A DNA stretch of 64,000 bases from an uncultured bacterium (GCA_963843285.1 CAWJJO010000022.1:60985-124984); one strand, 5' to 3'. Counted from the stretch's first letter, positions 38,872-50,866 are shown. Made by a program: numbers and translations. The notes: a model not told the origin generated them from the sequence alone.

Positions 38872-39875
38872 CGTTCAAAGAGATTTTCGGGAACGAGCGG
38901 ATCGTAAATTATTTTCAGAAAGCTCTTGGAAGCGGGCATTTGGGACATGCGTATCTTTTTTACGGCCCTCGTGGTGTCGGGAAGAGTCTGCTTGCCCGTT
39001 TGATCTGCAAAACTCTTCTTTGTCTGGAGCCTGCTCCGGATGGACCATGTGATCGCTGCGTTGCGTGCCGGAAATTTGATTCAGGAAATCATTCCGATTT
39101 TCATTCGTATGTTCCCGACGGACTCTATTTCAAGATCGAGCTGGTGCGGGAAATCATTCATCAGGCTTCGATGAAACCGGTAGAGGCGAAATGGAAAACT
39201 TTTCTTCTGGAAGGTGTGGATTATATGAGAGACGAGCCTTCCAACGCTTTCCTGAAAGTATTGGAAGAACCGCCTGGTCAGACGATTTTCTTCTTGATTT
39301 CAGAGACTCCCGACGTCCTGCTCCCCACGATCCGTTCGCGGTGTCAGGCTTTCTCGTTTCAACCCTTGCCGGTAAATCTGGTTCAAAAATGGCTTGTAGA
39401 AAAGCACGAGTGCACCGAAGAGGAAGCCGCGGCGCTTGCACCTTACAGTCACGGATCTCTTTCGCGAGCGCTGACCCTAAACGCGGATCAGTACAGAGAG
39501 GTGAGGGATAAAGTGTTTACAGCTTTGGAGGCTGCATTACTGACAAAAAGTTACTCGGTACTTCTGGATGCGACGAAAGGCATTGCGGTCGATCGCACCG
39601 AAATGGCGGAACGCCTTTTGGTATTCGAAGAGCTTGTCCGCGATTTGATGTTGTTGAAGGAATCGGACCGCGCAGCTTTGATCCATCAGGACTTGCAGAG
39701 GAAGCTCCAAAACCTGGCTGCTGCCGTGGATCGTTCCACGTTGCAAACATTTTATGAGGATCTTCTGGAAACGCGCGAGGCGATCCTGAAGATCAATGCG
39801 AATATCGGCCTTTCTCTTCAAGCCCTTCTTCTTCCTCTTAGAAGGAGGGTGGAAGAATCAAGACAGAAGGCATGA
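38868..39875 (+). CDS. holB: DNA polymerase III delta-prime subunit
   Basis: HAYLFYGPRGVGK, CDRCVAC, NAFLKVLEEP and TIRSRC motifs; follows tmk. Confidence 0.93.
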   Translation: MTFKEIFGNERIVNYFQKALGSGHLGHAYLFYGPRGVGKSLLARLICKTLLCLEPAPDGPCDRCVACRKFDSGNHSDFHSYVPDGLYFKIELVREIIHQASMKPVEAKWKTFLLEGVDYMRDEPSNAFLKVLEEPPGQTIFFLISETPDVLLPTIRSRCQAFSFQPLPVNLVQKWLVEKHECTEEEAAALAPYSHGSLSRALTLNADQYREVRDKVFTALEAALLTKSYSVLLDATKGIAVDRTEMAERLLVFEELVRDLMLLKESDRAALIHQDLQRKLQNLAAAVDRSTLQTFYEDLLETREAILKINANIGLSLQALLLPLRRRVEESRQKA

Positions 39876-39879
39876 TCTC

Positions 39880-40578
39880 ATGAACATTGCTATCATTGCA
39901 GCCGGCGGCAAAGGAAAGCGGTTTCACAACTCCGTCCCGAAGCAGTTGTGTCCGATGAAAGGGAAGCCGATGCTTGCCTACAGCATTTTGCCATTTCATC
40001 AGGAACAGCAGATTGATGAAGTAATTCTGGTGATTCCCATTGACGAAAGGGAAGAACCTTACCGGATGATCATCGAACTGGAACAATTTCACAAAGTGCG
40101 GATCGTTGTAGGAGGCGAGACGCGATACCGCTCTGTTCGAAACGGATTTGAATCGATTCGTAATGCTCAGGAGAACGACATCGTGTTGATTCACGATGCC
40201 GCGCGTCCGCTGCTGTCTTCCTTTCTTTTACGACTGGTTCTTGAAACCGCAATCGATAAAGGATCAGCTATCCCCGTGACTCCTATAGGCGAAACGGTGA
40301 AGAAGATCAAGAATGACGCGATTCTGGAGACCGTGTCCAGAGAGGATCTTGCGCTGGCTCAGACGCCGCAATGCTTTCGGTATGAGGTGTTGAAGCGGGC
40401 TTATGATCAAGTTCCATCGCATGATCCAACAGACGAAGCGATGATGGTGGAGCAATCAGGATTTCCCGTTTTTGTTGTTCCCGGAGAAAAGCAAAACATC
40501 AAAGTCACAGATCCAGAAGATCTGAAACTCGCAGAATATTACGACAATATCAAAAATCAAATATCAAAAATCAAATAA
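39880..40578 (+). CDS. ispD: 2-C-methyl-D-erythritol 4-phosphate cytidylyltransferase
   Basis: AAGGKGKR, PKQ, IHDAARP, AQTPQ and NIKVT motifs. Confidence 0.93.
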   Translation: MNIAIIAAGGKGKRFHNSVPKQLCPMKGKPMLAYSILPFHQEQQIDEVILVIPIDEREEPYRMIIELEQFHKVRIVVGGETRYRSVRNGFESIRNAQENDIVLIHDAARPLLSSFLLRLVLETAIDKGSAIPVTPIGETVKKIKNDAILETVSREDLALAQTPQCFRYEVLKRAYDQVPSHDPTDEAMMVEQSGFPVFVVPGEKQNIKVTDPEDLKLAEYYDNIKNQISKIK

Positions 40579-40746
40579 ACATAATCCAATAAGCAATGAA
40601 CCGTATTGTTGGTTCAAGGACAGATTCGTGCGCATTCTGCGCCCGTCCTGTCCAGCACAACAGCTCCCGAAGTGCAAATAGGCTGCCGAGTTTTTTGCTT
40701 ACTGATTTCTGTTTATTTGATTTTTGATCTTTGATTTTTGATATTT
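40546..40746. mobile_element. MITE-like element with about 50-bp terminal inverted repeats built from 7-nt units
   Basis: AATATCAAAAATCAAATATCAAAAATCAAATAAACA matches the reverse complement of the right end at 35/36 nt. Mobility is inferred. Confidence 0.75.
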
Positions 40747-40773
40747 TTCACGTTCTATTGGTATTTTACTTGA

Positions 40774-43004
<2,231 letters not shown>

Positions 43005-43009
43005 AATCT

Positions 43010-43771
43010 ATGCGAAGAAAATTTATTGCCGGCAACTGGAAGATGAATACCGGCCTTGCCGAAACTGCGTCGCTGATACAGGCTCTGATCGATAGAACTC
43101 AAGCCATTGAGAAAACTACCATCATGGTGGCGCCGCCGTTTACAAATCTCCAAACTGCGAGCGAGCAACTAAAGAATTCGAAAATCAAACTTGGCGGACA
43201 GAACATTTACTGGGAAGACAAGGGCGCCTATACCGGAGAAATCTCGGGACTGATGTTGAAGGATCTGGGCTGTACATATGTCATCATCGGTCACTCGGAG
43301 CGGCGGCAATATTTCAAGGAATCCAGCCAGGATGTGAACCGAAAAGTTCACGCAGCTCTTCGAAACAATCTGCTTCCAATTGTTTGCGTCGGCGAGACTT
43401 TAGAGCAGCGTCAAAAGGGCAGGGCTCTGGCAAGTTCGAAGCAACAGATCCGAAATGGCTTGAAAGGATTCTCTTCGGATCAAGTCTCAAAGCTTACGGC
43501 TGCATATGAGCCGATCTGGGCAATTGGAACAGGGCAGGCCGCGACACCCGGGGATGCTGTAGAAGTGCATAGTATGATCCGTTCCGTAATCTCGGAAATG
43601 TTTGGGAATGAAGTGGCGGACTCTGTTCGCATTCTATACGGCGGAAGCGTGACTGCCGAAAACATCGAGAGCTTCATACGCGAGCCGGAGATTGATGGAG
43701 CTCTGGTAGGCGGCGCCAGCCTGAAAGTGGACGCTTTTGTCAGGATCATCGAAGCCGCCGAATCCGCGTAG
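43010..43771 (+). CDS. tpiA: Triosephosphate isomerase
   Basis: AGNWKMN, GHSERR, AYEPIWAIGTG, YGGSV and LVGGASL motifs. Confidence 0.98.
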   Translation: MRRKFIAGNWKMNTGLAETASLIQALIDRTQAIEKTTIMVAPPFTNLQTASEQLKNSKIKLGGQNIYWEDKGAYTGEISGLMLKDLGCTYVIIGHSERRQYFKESSQDVNRKVHAALRNNLLPIVCVGETLEQRQKGRALASSKQQIRNGLKGFSSDQVSKLTAAYEPIWAIGTGQAATPGDAVEVHSMIRSVISEMFGNEVADSVRILYGGSVTAENIESFIREPEIDGALVGGASLKVDAFVRIIEAAESA

Positions 43772-43776
43772 GATTT

Positions 43777-43831
43777 CTCGCAAAGACGCAAAGCCGCAGG
43801 GAATTCACCACAAAGACACAAAGGCCACAAA
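43777..43831 (+). repeat. Unpaired arms of the 8-9-nt-unit repeat family
   Basis: CGCAAAGACGCAAAGCCGCAG followed by CACCACAAAGACACAAAGGCCACAAA. Confidence 0.7.
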
Positions 43832-43849
43832 TTGGTTTAATCTGTAACC

Positions 43850-46387
43850 ATGATCGGGAAGATGCTGGGCCATTACAAGATTGAAGCGCAGCTTGGCGCC
43901 GGCGGGATGGGCGTCGTATATCGCGCGTATGATACACGCCTCGAACGCGCTGTGGCGGTGAAGCTCATGAATGAGCTATTTCGCTCCGATGATACCGGCA
44001 CTGCGCGGGTTTTTCGCGAAGCGCGGTCGGCTTCCGCCTTGAACCATCCGAATATTTGCACGGTACACGAAGTCGGTGAAGCGGAAGAGCATCTGTACAT
44101 TGTTATGGAATTTATCGAAGGGAAACCTCTGAACAAATTGATTCCAGCCGGCGGCATGCCTCTCGAGGCAGTAACACGATATGGACTTCAAATCGCGGAT
44201 GCAGTCGCTCATGCCCACGATCGCGGGATCATTCATCGTGATTTGAAAACACAGAATGTAGTGATTACAAACGAAGGTCGAGTGAAGGTTCTAGATTTCG
44301 GCCTGGCGAAGCGGATCCATGACGATACCAAAGGTCACGAAGAGGAGCCGACCCAGGCAGTGAATACGTTGACTCAGGCGGGGGCAATCGCAGGAACACT
44401 GCATTACATCGCTCCGGAAACCTTGCTGGGAAATCCGGCAGCGGTCACAAGCGACGTGTGGGCGCTAGGTGTCGTTCTGTACGAAATGGCTGCGGGAACG
44501 CTTCCCTTTCAGGGGCGCACTTCGTATGAACTGACTTCTGCAATCATCAATGCCGCTGTTGCACCGCTTCCTGCTTCGGTGTCTTCTAGTTTGAGATTTA
44601 TCATTCAGCGATGCCTCGAAAAAGAGCCTGCGCTGCGGTACCAGCAAGCGAGGGAGGTGCGCAGTGCAATCGAAGCGCTTCAGTCCGGTTCGTTGATCGC
44701 CCCGCAAAGGCAAAAAGCCGAAAGTAAAGATAAATCCGTGGCAGTTATTGATTTCGTGAACATCACCGGTGATCCTTCAGTAGAGTGGTTATCGGGCGGA
44801 ATTGCGGAGACTGTCACGGTGGATTTGAAAAAACTTGCTTCATTGAGGGTGACAAGCCGGGATCGAGTACTCAAGGCGCTCGGCGCCTCTGCCGGTCGTC
44901 AGATTGCGGATGACGAAGCTGCCCGGATCGGTCAGACAACCGGATCACGCTGGCTTGTTTCAGGTGGATATCAAAAAGCGGGAAACGCAATCCGCATCAC
45001 CGCCCGGTTCATCGAATCCGCCACTGGTGAAATGTTGGGGTCTGCCAAAATCGACGGCACGATGGACGATATCTTCAAAATGCAGGATGAGATTATCAAG
45101 CACCTGATCGAAGCCTTGCATCTGGATCTTGCGACCTCTGAAATCCACAAGATTGAAAAACCGGAAACCGATCAGCTTCCCGCATATGAAGCGTACGTCC
45201 GCGGTCGCCGCTTGTTTGTTCTGTTTGGAAAGTCCAGTTTCGAAGACGCGCAGAAGCTCTTCGAGCAGGCAATTGAGCTCGATCCGAAGTATGCGCTGGC
45301 GTATTCCGGATTGGGAAGCATTTACGCGTTCAAGTTTATCGCCCACACGGATCCGCGCGATCTTGATATCGCGATTTCGCATTTGCAAAAGGCGCGCGAT
45401 TTGGACCCCGATCTCGCTGATCCCTATCAGTGGCTGGCCTACGCCTACATGCGAAAAAGCAAGTACGAAGAGGCGATTCGTTCCGGACTGGAGGGGATCC
45501 GTTTAGATCCGCAAAATGGAACAACGCATTATTTTCTGGCTACCGCATATCATCTTCAGGCCGACATGGAAGCAAAGTTGGCTTCTTATGGAGAAGCAAT
45601 TCGCTTTTACAAGAAAGCCAGCCTTCTGCAACCCAACTTCGAGACACCGTATCTCAATCTGGCATGCATCTACATGAATCACGGGTTGTACCAGGAGGCT
45701 GATCCACTATTCGAAAAGGCCATGGCGATTGAGGATTCCGAAAAGTACGAAGGGGTCAAATTTCTGGGCGCCTTCATGTGCATGGGAACGATGCGAATGC
45801 GCCAGCATCAGCTCGAATCAGGATTTGAATACCATGTCCACAGCCTGAAGAAGCTGAACGAAATGGACCACGTTTACCGGGAAGCATTTATGTCATTGAG
45901 CGAATGCTGTTTGGCAGATATTCATGCGGAACGCGGTGAATATGAAAAGGCGGAAGAGCGATACCAGAAAGGACGTAATCTGATTGAGCGATTTCCAAAA
46001 GGATTGGGTATGGGATATTACCTTGTTCGGATTCTGCTGGGGATAGCAAGAATGTTAATCAGACAGTCCAAACCGGACGACGCAAGGAATTACTTTCGTC
46101 AGGCGAAAGATCTTTTTGAGAAGAAAGAAACCTATGACTTTCACTGGATCTGGGAGGGAAACGACGCCCAAGCTCACTTTCAATTCGGTGTCTATCACGT
46201 CATGGCCGGGGACAAGGATGAAGCGCTGATGTCGTTGCAAAGAGCTGCAAAATCCGGCTGGGGTGATCCGCTTTTGCTGCAAAGCAGTCAGGAATTTCTA
46301 CCGATACGAAATACGCCGGCGTTTCGCGAGGTCGTCCAACAGGCTGAGGCGGCTTCGCGGCAAGTCGCCTCATTTGCACGTTCGTAG
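43850..46387 (+). CDS. Hanks-type Ser/Thr kinase with TolB-N-like domain and TPR repeats
   Basis: LGAGGMG, AVK, HRDLK, DFG, APE and DVWALG; SVAVIDF.N; multiple TPRs. Confidence 0.93.
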   Translation: MIGKMLGHYKIEAQLGAGGMGVVYRAYDTRLERAVAVKLMNELFRSDDTGTARVFREARSASALNHPNICTVHEVGEAEEHLYIVMEFIEGKPLNKLIPAGGMPLEAVTRYGLQIADAVAHAHDRGIIHRDLKTQNVVITNEGRVKVLDFGLAKRIHDDTKGHEEEPTQAVNTLTQAGAIAGTLHYIAPETLLGNPAAVTSDVWALGVVLYEMAAGTLPFQGRTSYELTSAIINAAVAPLPASVSSSLRFIIQRCLEKEPALRYQQAREVRSAIEALQSGSLIAPQRQKAESKDKSVAVIDFVNITGDPSVEWLSGGIAETVTVDLKKLASLRVTSRDRVLKALGASAGRQIADDEAARIGQTTGSRWLVSGGYQKAGNAIRITARFIESATGEMLGSAKIDGTMDDIFKMQDEIIKHLIEALHLDLATSEIHKIEKPETDQLPAYEAYVRGRRLFVLFGKSSFEDAQKLFEQAIELDPKYALAYSGLGSIYAFKFIAHTDPRDLDIAISHLQKARDLDPDLADPYQWLAYAYMRKSKYEEAIRSGLEGIRLDPQNGTTHYFLATAYHLQADMEAKLASYGEAIRFYKKASLLQPNFETPYLNLACIYMNHGLYQEADPLFEKAMAIEDSEKYEGVKFLGAFMCMGTMRMRQHQLESGFEYHVHSLKKLNEMDHVYREAFMSLSECCLADIHAERGEYEKAEERYQKGRNLIERFPKGLGMGYYLVRILLGIARMLIRQSKPDDARNYFRQAKDLFEKKETYDFHWIWEGNDAQAHFQFGVYHVMAGDKDEALMSLQRAAKSGWGDPLLLQSSQEFLPIRNTPAFREVVQQAEAASRQVASFARS

Positions 46388-46395
46388 TAGCAACT

Positions 46396-46569
46396 TTAGT
46401 CTCTATCTTTTGCCGGCAGCTTTCGTTCGCCAAATTTCTTCTTGACAGCCTGTTTCAGAACATATTCGATTTGACCGTTCACGCTGCGCAATTCTTCCTG
46501 GGCCCAATCCTCGAGCGCTTTCCATAGCTCCGCGTCGATGCGCAAGAGGAAAGACTTCTTCGGCCCCAT
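46396..46569 (-). CDS. 57-aa Arc/ribbon-helix-helix DNA-binding protein (not in the ORF track)
   Basis: [38 protein letters not shown]; SD AAGGAG; directly downstream of the SPFH gene. Confidence 0.88.
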   Translation of the reverse strand: MGPKKSFLLRIDAELWKALEDWAQEELRSVNGQIEYVLKQAVKKKFGERKLPAKDRD

Positions 46570-46578
46570 CACATCTCC

Positions 46579-47454
46579 TTATGTGTAGAGAGTTCCCGCG
46601 TTTACAACCGGATGGACTTCTGACTCGCCGCACAGAACCACGAGCAGGTTACTGACCATTGCAGCCTTCCGCTCTTCGTCCAGATGAACCACATTCTTTT
46701 CAAACAACTCTTTCAGCGCCATTTCCACCATTCCTACAGCGCCCTGAACGATCATCTGGCGGGCGGCGATGATGGCTTCCGCTTGCTGCCGGCGAAGCAT
46801 CGCGCTGGCAATTTCAGGAGCGTATGCAAGGTGAGAAAGTCGCGCTTCCTCAACAACAACGCCCGCTTTGTCGAGACGCTCCTGTAATTCCTTGCGAAGA
46901 TTGGCGGAAACTTCATCCAATCCGCTGCGCAATGTGATTTCATGCTGTTCGCCGTGATCGTAAGCATACGTGCTTGCCAGATGACGTACCGCAGATTCGC
47001 TCTGGATGCGTACATATTCACTGTAGTTTTCGACATCGAAGAGCGCTTCCGCCGTGTCGTTGATGCGCCAAACAACAACTGCGGCGATCTCAATCGGATT
47101 GCCTCTCTTGTCGTTCACTTTCAACCGGTCTCCGTTCAAATTGCGCGAACGCAAGGAGATCTTCGGTTTTGAGTTGAAAGGATTGGTCCAGTGAAAGCCA
47201 GCGTTTCGAACGGTTCCGCGATAGGAACCGAACAGGATCAAAACACGGGCTTCATTTGGCTGCAAAGTGAAAAAGCCGTTCGCAAACAACGCGAAAAGCA
47301 CGATCAGGACAATCGCACCGAGAAACGGCCATAGATCCAGCGTCCGATCACTCACACTGTAAACAAACAGCCGGATCCCACCGGCCAGCAGCAGCAGTTC
47401 AACAAGCAGCATGAACCAGCCACTCAACACGCGAATTTCCCTCTCCTTACTCAT
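46579..47454 (-). CDS. SPFH (band 7) domain membrane protein
   Basis: Two TM helices; [18 protein letters not shown] and [17 protein letters not shown] motifs. Confidence 0.93.
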   Translation of the reverse strand: MSKEREIRVLSGWFMLLVELLLLAGGIRLFVYSVSDRTLDLWPFLGAIVLIVLFALFANGFFTLQPNEARVLILFGSYRGTVRNAGFHWTNPFNSKPKISLRSRNLNGDRLKVNDKRGNPIEIAAVVVWRINDTAEALFDVENYSEYVRIQSESAVRHLASTYAYDHGEQHEITLRSGLDEVSANLRKELQERLDKAGVVVEEARLSHLAYAPEIASAMLRRQQAEAIIAARQMIVQGAVGMVEMALKELFEKNVVHLDEERKAAMVSNLLVVLCGESEVHPVVNAGTLYT

Positions 47455-47468
47455 ACAATTTCCTCCTG

Positions 47469-47506
47469 AATATCATAATGATATCATCGTAATATCATTA
47501 TGGCAA
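47469..47506 (-). promoter_or_regulatory. Sigma-70 promoter overlapped by three 11-bp-periodic ATGATAT operator boxes
   Basis: TTGCCA-17 nt-TATCAT; ATATCAT on the plus strand at 47470, 47481 and 47492. Confidence 0.7.
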
Positions 47507-47525
47507 GTTCAATTCTTGAGGTGTG

Positions 47526-47584
47526 GTAGGGGCGACCCTTGTGGTCGCCCATTCCGTGCGGGCGAGGACAAGCCTCGCCCCTAC
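47526..47584. repeat. GTAG-type REP doublet
   Basis: GTAGGGGCGACCCTTGTGGTCGCCC ... GGGCGAGGACAAGCCTCGCCCCTAC. Confidence 0.88.
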
Positions 47585-48192
47585 GAGCTAGGCTGTTCCA
47601 ACGATTTATCGTGGAGTTTGCTGAGCGTGAGCAGCGAGAGGATCGATCCAAGCAGGCAGAGTCCCATGTCTTTCTGTGTATCCCAGATGTCGCCCTGAGT
47701 ACCCAGGAACGCATCGCCGGCGGATCCGGTAGCAATCGAGACCCACCATTCAATCAGTTCGTAAAAGGCGCTAAAAGCGAAACAGACACAGACGACTAGA
47801 AACGAAAGCCATTTGCCCTTTCGCAGTGGGGAAGTGCGCAGAAGAATTTCGCGTGCGATGATCGCCGGAAAGAATCCTTGCGCGAAATGTCCGACACCGT
47901 CATAACTGTTTCTGGCTGTGCCGAAGGTGTCCCGGATCCAGTTGAAAAGCGGCACCTCCGCATAAGTGTAATGACCCCCGACGATCAGAATGAGCGAATG
48001 CATCCACATCAAGGTATAAGCGAGTCCGCTAAATTGAAATCTTCGGTACGTAAGAATCAGAAGAGTAAGGGCCAGGAGAGCGGGTGAAACCTCCAGGAAC
48101 CAGGTAAAGTAGTCGTGCGGTCTGATAGCGGACCACCCCAGAACCAGAAAGAAGCCTCCAAGAAGGAATATGTTTCTTGTCCGGAAGGTCAT
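47581..48192 (-). CDS. DUF2238 (YjdF-like) membrane protein
   Basis: TWFLE, GGHYTYAEVP, RNSYD..GHF, YELIEW and FLGTQGDIWDTQKDM motifs. Confidence 0.92.
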   Translation of the reverse strand: MTFRTRNIFLLGGFFLVLGWSAIRPHDYFTWFLEVSPALLALTLLILTYRRFQFSGLAYTLMWMHSLILIVGGHYTYAEVPLFNWIRDTFGTARNSYDGVGHFAQGFFPAIIAREILLRTSPLRKGKWLSFLVVCVCFAFSAFYELIEWWVSIATGSAGDAFLGTQGDIWDTQKDMGLCLLGSILSLLTLSKLHDKSLEQPSS

Positions 48193-48303
48193 AGTGGGAA
48201 TAGGGTACAATAATTTCGCCACAAATAGTATGGGCTATCGTCCTGAATATTCAGATTGCAACTCGAAAAAAGAGTGTTATTATTTCGGAACAGGAGAGAG
48301 CAT

Positions 48304-49569
48304 ATGGAAGCCAATCAGAATCAAGAAGTAAACGAGACTCATAACGAACAGTACAGAATCAACACACAGCTTCATGAATCTCTGATGAAGGCGGGCAAAA
48401 GATCCGCGCTTCAAACCAACGGTGAGTTGTTAGCGCTGCCGGATCCGGTATATCCGCAGCGTCCGCCGGGAGACGATTATACCGACAAACAATACAACAA
48501 GTTGAACGCGGTCCGCGGCTTGAAAGGATGGGCAGTTCCTTACGTCAAATCACGCTGGTACAGTAATGATCTGCGTCCGATCATTGCCTATCTGTTTACG
48601 GAATTCAAATGCAACGTAGATTGTCATTACTGCTGGTCGTACAACAATACGGTAAGAGGGATGACCGAGGATACGGCCAGAAGATCGATCGATTGGCTGC
48701 ACTCGATCGGTTGCCGGGTTCTTGCATTAATGGGCGGGGAACCTCTGCTCCGGCCTGATTTCATCCACAAGATCGTCTACTACGCCTCCAAGAAGGACTT
48801 CTTCGTCTATCTTCCAACCAACGGGAGATTGATGAAACCGGAAGTGCTCGATAAGCTCGGTGATGGCGGAGTTGCCAATATCAATCTCGCGATCGATTGC
48901 GTGAATGAAAGGCCCGGGCTTCCGAAGGCGCTCAACCGGATTCGCCCGTACTTCGACTATATGGTGAAAAGGAAGAAGTACTACGGCTACACCGCGATGA
49001 TCAACATCAACATCACGCACATAAACCAGGATGATGTGAAGGAGCTGACGCAAATCGCCTCCGACAACGACATTGCCACGGATTACCACATCAATGAAGC
49101 TCCGATGACACAGCAGGATCACTTCAAACACCTGGACGGAAATACAACATATCTTCTGCCGGAAGACTATCCAAAAGTCGATGCTCTGATCGATTGGGTG
49201 ATCGATCGGCACAAAGCCGGTTACAAGATGCCGAATCCTGTTTTCCATCTGAAGGAAATGAAGAAACTGATGCGCGGTCATGTGGATGCATGGCCCTGCC
49301 GCGCCGGTCAGAATTCGTGCATCATTCGCACAGACGGAACGCTCGCGCCTTGCTTCCCCATGTATTCGGCGACTTATGACTGGGGAACCGTCGGGAGCCA
49401 CAAGTTTGAAAACAACCAGCTCACGGAAATGAAGAAAGAATGTTCACAGCACTGCCTCTCTACGTGCAACTACATTCTTTCGTATTGCTATGACACTGTT
49501 CGAGTTGTGAAGTGGCTGGGCAAGCAGGCGATGCGCGGGTTCCAGGGTGTAAGCGGAAGTTTTGAATAG
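48304..49569 (+). CDS. Radical SAM protein with Cys-rich C-terminal SPASM/twitch-like domain
   Basis: CNVDCHYC; GGEPLL; CRAG...DGTLAPC...CSQHCLSTC. Confidence 0.9.
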   Translation: MEANQNQEVNETHNEQYRINTQLHESLMKAGKRSALQTNGELLALPDPVYPQRPPGDDYTDKQYNKLNAVRGLKGWAVPYVKSRWYSNDLRPIIAYLFTEFKCNVDCHYCWSYNNTVRGMTEDTARRSIDWLHSIGCRVLALMGGEPLLRPDFIHKIVYYASKKDFFVYLPTNGRLMKPEVLDKLGDGGVANINLAIDCVNERPGLPKALNRIRPYFDYMVKRKKYYGYTAMININITHINQDDVKELTQIASDNDIATDYHINEAPMTQQDHFKHLDGNTTYLLPEDYPKVDALIDWVIDRHKAGYKMPNPVFHLKEMKKLMRGHVDAWPCRAGQNSCIIRTDGTLAPCFPMYSATYDWGTVGSHKFENNQLTEMKKECSQHCLSTCNYILSYCYDTVRVVKWLGKQAMRGFQGVSGSFE

Positions 49570-49579
49570 CGCGCCGCAA

Positions 49580-49789
49580 TCAATCAGCTGATTTACGTCC
49601 AAGCCGGTGAAATAGATCACGCGCCGCATCTGTCACATCGGATACAGCTTTCTCGAACGCTTCTTGATTGGTTTGTGACGGCACTCGATAACCGCTGATC
49701 TTACGTACGAATTGCAAAGCGGCATCGCGCATCTCCGCGTCTGTAGGAACTTTTCCCGCGCGTCTGAGTTTTTTGATGTTTCTGCACAT
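49580..49789 (-). CDS. DUF2277 family protein
   Basis: MCRNIKKL...AALQFVRKISG...NQEAF. Confidence 0.88.
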   Translation of the reverse strand: MCRNIKKLRRAGKVPTDAEMRDAALQFVRKISGYRVPSQTNQEAFEKAVSDVTDAARDLFHRLGRKSAD

Positions 49790-49819
49790 GACATCAGATC
49801 ATCAGCATTGAACAGGAAA

Positions 49820-49884
49820 TTCAACGCGGAGGGCGCTGAGAGCGCGGAATATTATTTTACTCTCCGCGCATTCTGCGCTCGGTT
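49820..49884. repeat. Degenerate 9-nt-unit palindrome (AACGCGGAG-GGCGCTGAG-AGCGCGGA ... TCCGCGCA-TTCTGCGCT)
   Basis: Read directly; same architecture as 3014-3091. Confidence 0.6.
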
Positions 49885-49948
49885 AGTTTTCATGAGTCCT
49901 CCTGGAGCCATCATCAAGCAGTCAATATCAAAAATCAAATTTCAGGAT

Positions 49949-50866
49949 TCACCGCGAGATCGGCAGAGGAACGGGGGGATCGGAGTGCAGCAGGTTTGCC
50001 AGTTCTTCGATGATTTTCATTGCGGGATACCGGTCCCGGCATACCATCACGATATTTCTGCCGATTTCTGTTTCCAACTTTCGGTAGCTGAGCAAACCAC
50101 GTAAGCGATTGGGTTTGTCCACGGCTAGGAAAGGGATCAGAGTATATCCCAGTCCGCTTGCAACCAGGGCTTTGAGGGTTTCAACAGTGGTTGCGTGATA
50201 CTGGTGGACACTCCCGCGCCGGTTTCGCGGGCAAATCTCCAGAACCTGATTGCGAAGACAATGTCCGTCTTCCAGAAGAACCATCTCCGAAGCCTTGAGA
50301 TCTCCAGGACGTATCGATTTTTTGTTTGCCAGCGGGTGCTGTTTGGGTACGGCCAGAATAAAGGGCTCATTAAAAAGCGGGAGTACGCGCAATCCCGCTT
50401 CGTCAAATGTTTTTGCAGCAATCAACACAACATCGAGCGATCCCGATTTGAGCTCATCCAGAAGCTGTGCTGTGAGGCCTTCCCTAAGGATGAGCTGCGT
50501 ATGTGGAAACGCTTTGCGTATCTTCGGTAGAAAATGCGGGACGTAATACGGGCCGAGTGTTGTGATGATTCCCATACGAAGCGGCTCGGGCGAATGGAGA
50601 TCACCGGTCGCAGTCAGCATTTTCTGCGCTTCTTCCAGGACAACGCGAGCCTGTTGGGCTATATGCCGCCCTTTTGACGTCAGGGCTACCTTGCGGTTTG
50701 TTCGCTCAAAAACACTGAATCCCAGGAACTTCTCCACTTTTCTAATCTGAGCGCTCAGAGCGGGTTGGCTGACATGACAGGCCTCTGCTGCCTTGCCAAA
50801 ATGCAAGTGACGCGCTACTTCGACCAGATATTCCAGGTCGCGCAAAGTAAGCCATGAAATCTTCAT
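49949..50866 (-). CDS. oxyR: LysR-family peroxide sensor OxyR
   Basis: HFGKAAEACHVSQPALS HTH; LLEDGHCLRNQVLEIC with both redox Cys; divergent from dps. Confidence 0.9.
   Translation of the reverse strand: MKISWLTLRDLEYLVEVARHLHFGKAAEACHVSQPALSAQIRKVEKFLGFSVFERTNRKVALTSKGRHIAQQARVVLEEAQKMLTATGDLHSPEPLRMGIITTLGPYYVPHFLPKIRKAFPHTQLILREGLTAQLLDELKSGSLDVVLIAAKTFDEAGLRVLPLFNEPFILAVPKQHPLANKKSIRPGDLKASEMVLLEDGHCLRNQVLEICPRNRRGSVHQYHATTVETLKALVASGLGYTLIPFLAVDKPNRLRGLLSYRKLETEIGRNIVMVCRDRYPAMKIIEELANLLHSDPPVPLPISR

Noticed and set aside
46403-46633. 76-aa ORF from the track downstream of the SPFH gene
   Set aside because: Wrong frame; the plausible gene is the 57-aa RHH protein at 46396-46569.
48256-48279. 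CIRCE-like TTGCAACTC...GAGTGTTA upstream of the radical SAM gene
   Set aside because: The spacer is 7 nt rather than 9 and the arms are mismatched; better explained as a -35/-10 region.
49580-49789. DUF2277 as a RiPP precursor for the radical SAM enzyme
   Set aside because: It is convergently oriented, belongs to a widespread stand-alone family and has no leader/core pattern.
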